From Moorena bouillonii PNG (GTDB lineage Bacteria; Cyanobacteriota; Cyanobacteriia; Cyanobacteriales; Coleofasciculaceae): DNA of 33,072 bases. The notes beneath the pieces were generated by a model that was not told where the DNA came from, did not search any database, and was given only the letters and a program-made list of their open reading frames with translations. This document shows positions 7,722 to 16,495 of the stretch, piece after piece. The stretch is taken from positions 186,503 to 219,574 of the forward strand of contig NZ_MKZS01000001.1 in the NCBI RefSeq assembly GCF_001942495.1. Reading direction: 5' to 3'. The translations under genes were made by a program, and so were the position numbers. Numbering within the stretch: position 1 is the stretch's first letter; each line of letters begins with the position of its first letter.

Positions 7722-10628
7722 TCAATTGCGCAGAATCAACCGTTGCCGATGAACATGCAACAAACGAAACTCCTGCTGCGCCACCTGGTCCAACATATAA
7801 ATAATATGCTCTGGTCGCAACATGGTGCCATCATTCAAACAACTCCCGACATACCGCAAAACCACCCCAGACTCCGCAACCTCCTCTTCACCATCTTTGG
7901 GTTTTTGGGGTTCCATCACCTCGAACTCAAATAAGCGATCGCATAAATTCACCCACTGCTTCTTACCCGACTTCGTAAACCGCTCCCACCAAATTTCCTT
8001 ACTACCCTTAATTGCTTCAATCCAACCCTGCCAGTCTTCCCAAGACACCGATGACATTACCTCAACTTGAATCAAATACTCAGCCTTTTCCAACAGCTGA
8101 GTTCCAGCAGGTTCCTTCAAATCCACTGCTTCAACCCCATACACCGGAATCTCTTCAGGCAACTCAGACACCAGCCTTTCCCTAAACTCTTCAACTGGCA
8201 TTTTCTGAGTTAACTCAAACTCCACAATCTCCCCACTACTAGACGCTCCCAAGGGCAATGCATTAGCAATCATAATCCGAGCATTAGCCCGAAACCCCCC
8301 ACTATAGCGAATTGGTAGTGACGCCCGTCTTACTGCTCTCTCAAACAGACTTGCCAAATCCAGATGACCCAACAAGGTCATATCCCCCAACTTTCCAAAC
8401 CAAACCCGCAGCCGCTGATCCTTATTAGTATTGGGTTTAAAGTGACCAGCAAATTGGGGAATCTGCGGCGGGTCAATCACCACATTATGACCAAAATCAA
8501 TCCCACACACACCACAGTGAGAACACCCATCAAAGGAACAATCCGGTACTGTTGCTGCATCTAACGCCCGTTGTAAATCTTCCTTGAGCCAATTCTTATC
8601 AATTCCCGTATCAATATGATCCCAAGGCAAGGGAGCATCAAGGGCATCAAGGGTTGAAGGTTGTTCGCGTAGCGTGGCCGAAAGGCCAAGGTTAGTTGGT
8701 TGTTCGCGTAGCGTGGCCGAAAGGCCAAGGTTAGACCGTTGAAGGTTAGACCGTTGAAGGTTAGACCGTTGAAGGTTAGACCGTTGTTCGCCTTTGGCGT
8801 TCCCGTAGGGTAGGTTATTTGGTTGTTCGCGTAGCGTGGCCGAAAGGCCAAGGTTATTTGGTTGTTCGCGTAGCGTGGCCGAAAGGCCAAGGTTAGCTGG
8901 TTGCTCTGAACTTTCAACCTTCAACCTTCCAACTTGCAACTCTTCTAGACCAGCCATCACGTTCCATTCGCCATTTTCTACTTGGCGATATTTCCAGGTC
9001 AGACCTGATGAAGCGATCGCATTTTCCCAAGCAGCAAATGCCCGATCCAAGCTTTCCATCCAGGAGTCCATCCCTGCCCCCAATTCCCAAGCACGGCGCA
9101 CCACCGCACTTAAGCGTCTGTCACCCCGTCCCACGAAATCTTCCATGGCCGAAATCCGAACATCGGTGTAATTAACCTTCACCCCCCTGATCTGAGCAAA
9201 TACTTGTTTGAGCAATTCCTGCTTGCGTTTAAACTCCGAAGTCGATACGGAATGCCACTGGAATGGGGTGTGAGGTTTTGGGGTAAAATTAGAAACAGTT
9301 ATGTTAAACTTAAGGGTTTTTCTGCCTTTGGCACGGCACTCCTGCTGCAACCAACGCACCGTTTCTGCGATCCCCAACACATCCACATCCGTTTCACCGG
9401 GCAAACCAATCATAAAATAGAGCTTGACTTTCTCCCAGCCTTGGTCAAATGCCGTCTTTACTCCCCTGAGCAGTTCTTCGTTAGTCAGTCCCTTATTAAT
9501 AATATCCCGCATCCGCTGAGTTCCTGCTTCTGGGGCAAAGGTCAAGCCACTCTGCCGATTTCCCCCTAGGATATTGGCAATATTTTCATCAAAGCGGTCT
9601 ACCCGCTGACTAGGTAGAGACAGGGAAATATTCTGATCCTTAAGACGATTTTTGATTTCCATCCCCACCGCTGGTAGAGCCAGATAATCCGAACAACTCA
9701 GGGATAAAAGGGAAAACTCGTTATACCCTGTAGCACGCATGCCTTGTTCAATAGCTTCCACCACTTTTTCCGGTTCCACATCCCGCGCTGGTCGAGTCAG
9801 CATCCCAGGTTGGCAGAAGCGACAACCCCGAGTACAGCCCCGTCGCACTTCGATCTTGAGTCGGTCATGAACCGTTTGGATATAGGGTACTAGTCCAATA
9901 GCATAGGCAGGCATCGGTGTAGCCACACGCCGCAAAATCCGCTTCGGCACATCAGGGCGGTTGGGTTTAACTGAGCCATCCTCAGTCATATCATAGAATT
10001 GGGGGACATACACCCCTGGTATCTGAGCCAAATCCAGGAGTAATGCTTCTCGACTTAAGCCAGCTGCTTTGCCTTCTTCGATTACTAAGCCAATCTCTGG
10101 CAACAATTCTTCCCCATCGCCAAGATCAACAAAATCTAAGAAATCTGCATAGGGTTCAGGATTCGATGTCGCCGTTTGTCCACCTGCAAAAATTAGGGGG
10201 ATTTCCGATATATCAAACTCAGCACGGTCTTTCCAGGTCAGGGGAATTTCTGCCAAATCCAACATTTCCAAGATGTTGGTTGCCCCTAATTCATAGCTAA
10301 GGCTAAAGCCAATAATATCAAAATCTTTCAGAGGTCGCCGATTCTCGACAGCAAACAGAGGGGTTTGAGTGGAACGCAATTTAGCTGCCAAGTCTGGGGC
10401 GGGTAGATAGGCGCGATCGCATAATTGCCTAGGTTGAGAATTCAATATATTGTAGAGGATGATATGGCCTAAGTTAGAAGCGCCCACTTCATAGACTTCT
10501 GGATAAGTCAATACCCAGCGTACCTCAGCTTTTTCCCAAGGTTTATGGACTGCTCCCAACTCGTTACCTAAGTAACGGGCAGGTCTGTTGATGTCTGGTG
10601 TTAATATTTCCTCTACAGTGATTGCCAT
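7722..10628 (-). CDS. Radical SAM protein fused to a DUF2344-like C-terminal domain (TIGR03960/TIGR03936-type fusion). It carries an in-frame insertion of about 95 aa derived from repetitive elements.
   Basis: N-terminus 'MAITVEEILTPDINRPARYLGNELGAVHK' and the CxxxCxxC cluster 'CTRGCRFCQPG' identify the family. The ORF is long and conserved-looking. The internal low-complexity segment 'NLGLSATLREQPN' x4 plus 'SNLQR' x4 is encoded by DNA repeats at 8640-8930. Confidence 0.85.
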   Translation of the reverse strand: MAITVEEILTPDINRPARYLGNELGAVHKPWEKAEVRWVLTYPEVYEVGASNLGHIILYNILNSQPRQLCDRAYLPAPDLAAKLRSTQTPLFAVENRRPLKDFDIIGFSLSYELGATNILEMLDLAEIPLTWKDRAEFDISEIPLIFAGGQTATSNPEPYADFLDFVDLGDGEELLPEIGLVIEEGKAAGLSREALLLDLAQIPGVYVPQFYDMTEDGSVKPNRPDVPKRILRRVATPMPAYAIGLVPYIQTVHDRLKIEVRRGCTRGCRFCQPGMLTRPARDVEPEKVVEAIEQGMRATGYNEFSLLSLSCSDYLALPAVGMEIKNRLKDQNISLSLPSQRVDRFDENIANILGGNRQSGLTFAPEAGTQRMRDIINKGLTNEELLRGVKTAFDQGWEKVKLYFMIGLPGETDVDVLGIAETVRWLQQECRAKGRKTLKFNITVSNFTPKPHTPFQWHSVSTSEFKRKQELLKQVFAQIRGVKVNYTDVRISAMEDFVGRGDRRLSAVVRRAWELGAGMDSWMESLDRAFAAWENAIASSGLTWKYRQVENGEWNVMAGLEELQVGRLKVESSEQPANLGLSATLREQPNNLGLSATLREQPNNLPYGNAKGEQRSNLQRSNLQRSNLQRSNLGLSATLREQPTNLGLSATLREQPSTLDALDAPLPWDHIDTGIDKNWLKEDLQRALDAATVPDCSFDGCSHCGVCGIDFGHNVVIDPPQIPQFAGHFKPNTNKDQRLRVWFGKLGDMTLLGHLDLASLFERAVRRASLPIRYSGGFRANARIMIANALPLGASSSGEIVEFELTQKMPVEEFRERLVSELPEEIPVYGVEAVDLKEPAGTQLLEKAEYLIQVEVMSSVSWEDWQGWIEAIKGSKEIWWERFTKSGKKQWVNLCDRLFEFEVMEPQKPKDGEEEVAESGVVLRYVGSCLNDGTMLRPEHIIYMLDQVAQQEFRLLHVHRQRLILRN
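8640..8930. repeat. Composite tandem-repeat element inside the rSAM CDS. It has 39-nt units (ttggttgttcgcgtagcgtggccgaaaggccaaggttag) x4 and 15-nt units (accgttgaaggttag) x4. All units are multiples of 3 nt.
   Basis: Direct reading of the sequence. The same unit families recur at 24085-24385 (intergenic), 18683-18712, 27897-27975 and 29583-29603. Confidence 0.85.
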
Positions 10629-10878
10629 AGAAACTTACTTTATTACTGCTTTCAATGCAGTTAGCCCTAATCCACCATTCATTTTATCAGTACTCAGGGT
10701 AAAGATAGGGAGGGTGAAGGTGATGAAGTGAGGGAGTAGAGAACCACCATATTTCTTGACTAGTATTTCCCTATCTCCTCCCATCGTCATCGGTTTCAGC
10801 ACTTAATCTTCCTTGGATTTCCTCGGATTTTGCTGCACTCATAGCCATTGAGTTAGCTTCCCAACCTACTCCAACCCC

Positions 10879-11211
10879 CTACAGGGCTGTAGCAAAAGCA
10901 TCATGGCTGTCAAAAATCTCAAATACCCCATCTAATTTAGTTAGCTCCAGCATAATGCGAATTGAAGGAGCTACTGAGCAAAGACCAAAGGGCCTCTCTA
11001 GACGTCTTGCTAACTTCAGACCATGAATTAAGGCCATTAAGCCAGCACTGTCGAGTGACTCTAACTGATGCATATCAACCAACAAAGCCGAATCCTCACC
11101 AGCCACCACAGCTTCTGTCAACTGACTTTTAAACTCAACTGCATTGGAGGCGTTAATATGACCGGAAGGTTGAATAATTCGTAATTTTGCACTTAGGGTC
11201 GCCTGTGTCAT
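10879..11211 (-). CDS. STAS-domain anti-sigma-factor antagonist (SpoIIAA-like)
   Basis: About 110 aa with 'INASNAVEFKSQLTEAV...LLVDMHQLESLDSAGLMALIHGLKLARR...LCSVAPSIRIMLELTKLDGVFEIF', the typical STAS fold pattern. The start is probably at MTQATL (11211) rather than 11226. Confidence 0.75.
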   Translation of the reverse strand: MTQATLSAKLRIIQPSGHINASNAVEFKSQLTEAVVAGEDSALLVDMHQLESLDSAGLMALIHGLKLARRLERPFGLCSVAPSIRIMLELTKLDGVFEIFDSHDAFATAL

Positions 11212-11853
11212 GAGTAGACTCCTCACTGGGTCAAATCCAATAAAATTTTTTAGAGAATATATAGAAGATAGTATGGAATTTTGCTAATTCCATACCACTT
11301 CTGAGATACTTTGCCGAATCTTTACAGATGGCTAATGGTTTTTAAAATCTTCATAAAACTTACCATCACAATGTATCATATATTACTTTCTTTAAAGTTA
11401 AGTAATTTATTTTTCATTTCCGATGGTCTAAGTTGCTATGAGCATGGCTCAGTTCATACCTATAAGTAGGGATTAAATTTTAATAATTTTTGTTACGTTA
11501 AATCAATAGAGCTGCCCTGACCTAAAAATATAATACTTTTTTTTATAGGCTTGAGCCAAATGTTTAGCTTTAGGTAAGTATAACGTTAACTAGGGTGTAG
11601 AGGCAAGTAGTACTAAGCAGTATTTGCTTATAACTGCCTAAACTTTAATACCTCTAAGCCTTGAAACGGCATAGCTTCTTAGGTTCAGGTTAAGCTTTCT
11701 GAGTTAAGTCAAAAAGGCTTATAATATGTATGTCAGAGAGGACAAATCCACCTCATCAGTGATTTAGATCACATACCAATAAGATAAAAATCACTAGAGT
11801 GGTTAGTAGTTTCAGAAGACAATAAATTTATATGGAATTGTGGGTAAGTCATA

Positions 11854-12048
11854 GTGAAAACTACATTTGTTATTCGTCAACTAGTAGAAAAAGCCCTATA
11901 TATTAGGAAATTGACTCCTGATATAGAAAATGCAATTAACTACGAACTAACTCAAACCGGTTACATCTCTGATGTGGATTACGAAGCACTGGAATTATTA
12001 ATGTCCGAGATGGATGCTGGTCGTGTACAGCTCGTTCCGAGTTACTAG
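11854..12048 (+). CDS. Small hypothetical protein (64 aa)
   Basis: An isolated ORF at the end of an AT-rich, ORF-free island. No recognisable motif. Confidence 0.3.
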   Translation: MKTTFVIRQLVEKALYIRKLTPDIENAINYELTQTGYISDVDYEALELLMSEMDAGRVQLVPSY

Positions 12049-12269
12049 AAGTGGTTATAAACTAAGGCTAGACCAGATCACAGGCTTGGTAACTAGTCCA
12101 TGACTAGGCATAACTTTTAGGGTTGGGGCAAGCTCTGACAGCTACATATGGCAAAACCGCTACAACTTTAGTTTACTCTCCTAAGGATTCTGACTTGCTA
12201 CTGCTTAAGTCGTGATCAGATCACCATGGAGTTGGCAAAGTCCTATGACCGATTAACCATTAACAAAAC

Positions 12270-12665
12270 TTAAAACTTGTCTGGATAAGCTTGCCAAACT
12301 GCACAGATAAAATAACTTAGTTGCTGGCGAGCATCAGGGTCACTTTCTACATTGACATCAGGGTCATCTAACCGAACCAAGAGGGGAATTACTTCAGTGT
12401 CTAAGGCTAGTCGTAATAAACTCGCTGGCCAAAGTAAATCCGGTCCAGAGCGTAGGTCGTAAAGAGTAAGCTGTTCAGGGGGTTTCACTGGCACAGGCTC
12501 TTGACTATGCAAGGTGACCAATATCATAGAACGCACCCAACACATTTGTCGCGATGACACAAATTCGATAACTTCAGCGTATAAACGAGTATTGTCATGC
12601 TCTAAGCAAATAATCTGATGAGGCTGGAACTCGTAAACCAAACCCCTTGATACGTCTTTATTCAC
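12270..12665 (-). CDS. Hypothetical protein (131 aa)
   Basis: Clean ORF with no overlap. No recognisable domain. Confidence 0.45.
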   Translation of the reverse strand: MNKDVSRGLVYEFQPHQIICLEHDNTRLYAEVIEFVSSRQMCWVRSMILVTLHSQEPVPVKPPEQLTLYDLRSGPDLLWPASLLRLALDTEVIPLLVRLDDPDVNVESDPDARQQLSYFICAVWQAYPDKF

Positions 12666-12850
12666 CAGGCATCAATTCCTAAATTGAGTCATTGCGATAT
12701 AATATACTGTTCATATTACCAGTTTGGTTAACGGTGCTATTAGACCCAGATTTGGGATTACTGCATTTCAGAGGCTGTATCACTGCTCATCTTTGCTATC
12801 ATGTATTAATTCAACTTAGTCTCAATAGATTGAATACCATAGCATAGATT

Positions 12851-13195
12851 ATGAAAGTCCAAGTATCGGTCGTTTTTACCAATCCCGTGGATTTCGTTAA
12901 TTTTTCTCATCAGGCACTGCCTCGATTTTGCGTCGATCTGCCTTTTAAACCTCGCGCTATCCCAGTTGAAGAACTGTTGCCCAACGTCCCTATGATTAAT
13001 AGCAATTCAGACGATTGGACAACAGACCTGCCCTTCGAGCAAATAGAATACAAGGAAGAAGGAGCAGAGGAATATGCCCAAATGGTAGTAGTAGTGGGAA
13101 TCCCACAGGATGATATGCCCTTGTTTGAAGATGTAGTTAAGTCCTATGGGGGAAAGGTTATGCCATCAGAGGGGTTGGATGTAATGGACATGTAG
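12851..13195 (+). CDS. Hypothetical acidic protein (114 aa)
   Basis: ORF only. The C-terminal half is acidic. No known motif. Confidence 0.4.
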   Translation: MKVQVSVVFTNPVDFVNFSHQALPRFCVDLPFKPRAIPVEELLPNVPMINSNSDDWTTDLPFEQIEYKEEGAEEYAQMVVVVGIPQDDMPLFEDVVKSYGGKVMPSEGLDVMDM

Positions 13196-13337
13196 TGGAC
13201 ATGTAGTTTACACCCCATATCTTACCCATAACCTGGCTTATAGGTCATAGAAATTCCTTGTTAATCTTGATCGAAAATTTAAGACTATCACAAAATATGT
13301 TTGAAGGAAAAATAGTCTGGAATACACAAGGAATTAA

Positions 13338-14531
13338 ATGACGTCTGAGCAGGATAAACCTGAGGTGGCTAAAATCCTCGAACCATTTAAACCCGCATTG
13401 GCTGAGCATCTGAGCAACCCTGATGTTGTGTTAGACGAGGTACTGGCATGGACTGGCTCTCAGCCTTTTTTGACCCAGAAGCTTTGTCAAGTTATCCTTG
13501 ACTCTAAATCTCCCATCCCTGTTGGTGAGGAAGCTCTCAAAGTCGAAGAACTCGTCAAAACTCACTTCGTTGAAAATTGGGAAACTCAGGAAGCCGCTGA
13601 ACTTCTGCAAGATATTCGTAGTTTCTTGCTCGAAGAACAATTCCTGCGCCTGTATCAGAAAATTTTGCAGGGAGTCATGATGGCAAATGACAGTTGGGAA
13701 CAAAAAGTGTTGCTCAACTCCGGTGTGGTGATTAACCAGGGGGGAAATCTCAAAGTTTCTAACCGTATTTATGAGGCTGTTTTTAATCACAGCTGGGTAG
13801 CTCAAGAGTTAGCACAGTTGACCAGTACAGACTTTTGGCTGGCATCTGAGCTGACCACAGACGCTACTGATGAAGCCATCGCTATCGCTTTTCCTAACCT
13901 ACCAATCACCCCAGTTACTCAAGACCAAGATCTAACAACTGACGAGCCCAAACACCGAGCTCCAACAACTGACGATTCCAAACACCGAGATCTAACAACT
14001 GACAATCCCAACCGATTAACTGTAGTACCTTTAGAGCCAGACCAAGCCACAACCTTGTCTACCCCATCAGCTAGCAGAATCCCATCACCCATTAGTTTTT
14101 GGGGTGGCTTGATCGCCTTGTTTCTAGTCATTACCTTTGGTGTATTTCAGTGTACTAGTTCTAGAAGAGCAGACGATCAACTAAAAAACCTTGCTTCTGA
14201 GGACATATGCAGACGTCAATTTACTAACAGAAAAGAACAAATAGAGCAACTTAGAAAGATAAAGAGTCAAAATAGTGCTTTTCCTAAGCTATGTCAGTCA
14301 ATGTTAGATCAATTGCAGTTTTCCTATGCTATAGAAGAGCTCGCTAGTCAAGGTGAATTCAAGCAAGCTACTATAAATCTTTGTCAAGTATCACAGCGTT
14401 ACTACCAGTTTAGACAAAAATCTCTTCCACGTTTTTTCCGTCGATGGGGTCGGAATAATGAGAATTATGCTAATTGGTTGAAAAACTATCTAATAAAATA
14501 TGATTGTCCCGCTTCTAAATATTTGGGCTAA
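13338..14531 (+). CDS. Hypothetical single-pass membrane protein with 11-aa tandem repeats
   Basis: A 397-aa ORF. The repeats 'DLTTDEPKHRAPTTDDSKHRDLTTDNPNR' come from 33-nt DNA repeats at about 13915-14010. There is a hydrophobic segment 'ISFWGGLIALFLVITFGVF' and a Cys-containing C-terminal domain. Confidence 0.55.
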   Translation: MTSEQDKPEVAKILEPFKPALAEHLSNPDVVLDEVLAWTGSQPFLTQKLCQVILDSKSPIPVGEEALKVEELVKTHFVENWETQEAAELLQDIRSFLLEEQFLRLYQKILQGVMMANDSWEQKVLLNSGVVINQGGNLKVSNRIYEAVFNHSWVAQELAQLTSTDFWLASELTTDATDEAIAIAFPNLPITPVTQDQDLTTDEPKHRAPTTDDSKHRDLTTDNPNRLTVVPLEPDQATTLSTPSASRIPSPISFWGGLIALFLVITFGVFQCTSSRRADDQLKNLASEDICRRQFTNRKEQIEQLRKIKSQNSAFPKLCQSMLDQLQFSYAIEELASQGEFKQATINLCQVSQRYYQFRQKSLPRFFRRWGRNNENYANWLKNYLIKYDCPASKYLG

Positions 14532-14550
14532 TCAATTGTTAAATTGAAAA

Positions 14551-14640
14551 CAGGGAACAGGGAACAGGGAACAGGGAACAGGGAACAGGGAACAGGGAAC
14601 AGGGAATAGGGAACAGGGAACAGGGAACAGGGAATAGGAA
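14551..14640. repeat. Heptamer tandem array (CAGGGAA/GGGAACA) of about 13 copies, STRR-like
   Basis: Direct reading. It lies between convergent genes (the 13338..14531 CDS and amt). Confidence 0.9.
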
Positions 14641-14759
14641 ATGTATGGATTTTTAGCAAGCATTTAACTAACTAATTAATAGAAGTTAAGATTATAGATT
14701 TTTTTATTTCCTACTTTTTAAGACTTAGCTATTTACTTACTGAACTGATAATCCAGATT

Positions 14760-16334
14760 TTAAGGATTATAAAAAACTCCATCGCTACCACTGATTTCTT
14801 CTTCCAAAGATACTCTTATCCCTCGACGAGAAATTTCAAAAATAGTTAAGATAAATTCTCCTAATTGAAAATATTGGGTTTGACGGAATTGTTGTCTATG
14901 GCGTTGTTTGCCACTAATCCGCTCATTGATCTGGCTTGCATAATATAAAATTAGGCTAACTAATAGCCAACCTACTAAACTCAAGAGAGCTGTTACAATG
15001 ATAATAATCAGCCAGCCTAAGAACTGACACAACACTTGTAATAATGGATCGTCATATACATCAAGTTCTGAGTACAACAGAGAACTATTGCTACTAAAGA
15101 TTCCTAAGGCAATCGTTCCCCAAAATCCACAGAAAAGGTGAACAGGAACCGAACCAACGGGGTCATCAATTTTCCAAACTTGTAGAAAATATTCGCCTAA
15201 AAGGACAAAAATACCGCTGATTGAGCCAATTATAAATGCACTTCTGATATCGACAAAAGCAGCTGAACCTGTAATTCCCACCAAACCACCTAAAATTCCA
15301 TTGATAATTGAGGCTAGACTGGGTTTTCCCAGGATAATTGGACTAAAAAATACGCTGGATATTCCACCAGCTGCTGCTGCCATCATGGTAGTTGTGATGG
15401 TATTGGCTACATAATCGAGATCCTTTGCTGAGCCACCATTAAAACCAAACCAGCCCAGCCAGAGAATTAAGCAGCCTAAGGTGGCTAAACCCAGATTATC
15501 GGAAGAGAACTTTTCAGTTTCGAGACCTTCATATCTATCTGTTCTTAAATTGTAGCCAAAACGACCTTGTCGTGGCTTTAGTAGCCAAGCCCCTACCAAG
15601 CCAGCCATACCACCAACACTATGGACTACAGTTGAACCGGCAAAATCCTGAAATTTTAGCGCCTTGGCTAGCCAACCATAGTGTCCCCAAACCCAGTGAC
15701 CCGTTAGGGGATAGATAAAACCAACCAGGAAAAAACTAAATAGCAGAAATGCCCAGAATTTAACCCGTTCAGCAACAGCTCCTGACACAATAGTGGCTGC
15801 AGTTCCAGCAAAGACTAACTGAAATAAAAATAGAGCCGCAAAGGAGTGATTAGACCAATCTTGATTGAGACAATTAAATCCTGATTCTGGAAAACCCAGA
15901 TTTCCAAATTGGGGAAAGGGAAGATTAAAAAATAACCCCTTTTGACCCACTAAACTTAAACTAGTATTTTCTCCTGGAACACAACTGTAAGTGATGCCAT
16001 CACCAAACATTAAGCCAAAGCCAAGTAGCCAAAATGCTAAGGCTGATATACAGAAAACTATCAAATTTTTAGCCAAGACATTAGTCGCATTTCTTCGTCT
16101 ACATAACCCGGCTTCTAACATGGCAAAGCCAGCATTCATAAAAAAGACTAGAAAAGATGAAACTAACAACCAGATAGTAGACAGGTTAGTGAAATTATTC
16201 GTGTTACTATCTTGTGCTGCTGCTACACCAACCCATCCCAGCAGGATGGTAATAGCCAAAGATAGGCAGAAGTACCAACGGCTCGGTACCGAGGTGATTT
16301 GGTGTTTTAATCTCTTGTACTTATGTCGAGACAT
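14760..16334 (-). CDS. amt: Ammonium transporter (Amt/MEP family) with a C-terminal extension of about 100 aa
   Basis: Motifs 'FFMNAGFAMLEAGLCRRRNATNVLAKNL', 'DFAGSTVVHSVGGMAGLVGAWLLKPRQGRF' and 'VHLFCGFWGTIALGIF'. The preferred start is ATG 16334 (MSRHKYK...), which sits downstream of an NtcA-type promoter. The ORF-track start at 16376 would overlap that promoter. Confidence 0.9.
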   Translation of the reverse strand: MSRHKYKRLKHQITSVPSRWYFCLSLAITILLGWVGVAAAQDSNTNNFTNLSTIWLLVSSFLVFFMNAGFAMLEAGLCRRRNATNVLAKNLIVFCISALAFWLLGFGLMFGDGITYSCVPGENTSLSLVGQKGLFFNLPFPQFGNLGFPESGFNCLNQDWSNHSFAALFLFQLVFAGTAATIVSGAVAERVKFWAFLLFSFFLVGFIYPLTGHWVWGHYGWLAKALKFQDFAGSTVVHSVGGMAGLVGAWLLKPRQGRFGYNLRTDRYEGLETEKFSSDNLGLATLGCLILWLGWFGFNGGSAKDLDYVANTITTTMMAAAAGGISSVFFSPIILGKPSLASIINGILGGLVGITGSAAFVDIRSAFIIGSISGIFVLLGEYFLQVWKIDDPVGSVPVHLFCGFWGTIALGIFSSNSSLLYSELDVYDDPLLQVLCQFLGWLIIIIVTALLSLVGWLLVSLILYYASQINERISGKQRHRQQFRQTQYFQLGEFILTIFEISRRGIRVSLEEEISGSDGVFYNP

Positions 16335-16355
16335 CAAAGCAAGCTTTCCAGTTTT

Positions 16356-16397
16356 ACAGTAGAAGTGAATTTCCAACTGGTAAGTAGGTTGACATAC
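16356..16397 (-). promoter_or_regulatory. NtcA-activated promoter. GTAN8TAC (16384-16397), a 22-nt spacer, then TAN3T -10 'TACTGT' (16356-16361).
   Basis: The minus strand reads GTAtgtcaaccTAC-22nt-TACTGT. This is about 22 nt upstream of the amt ATG at 16334. NtcA control of amt genes is established in cyanobacteria. Confidence 0.55.
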
Positions 16398-16495
16398 TTA
16401 CATAACACTATTAAATAACACTGTTAAATAACACTATATGATGTTTCGTCACATCATTAACTGCTTACATCCGAGCCTTATAAAAGGACAGAGAT

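Noticed and set aside
7665-8070. Plus-strand ORFs 7665..7934 and 7822..8070
   Set aside because: They are embedded antisense in the well-supported 968-aa radical-SAM CDS.
14551-14640. Heptamer and 15-mer arrays as possible CRISPR arrays
   Set aside because: The units are 7-15 nt and directly abutting, with no unique spacers. No cas genes are nearby. They are STRR-like tandem repeats.
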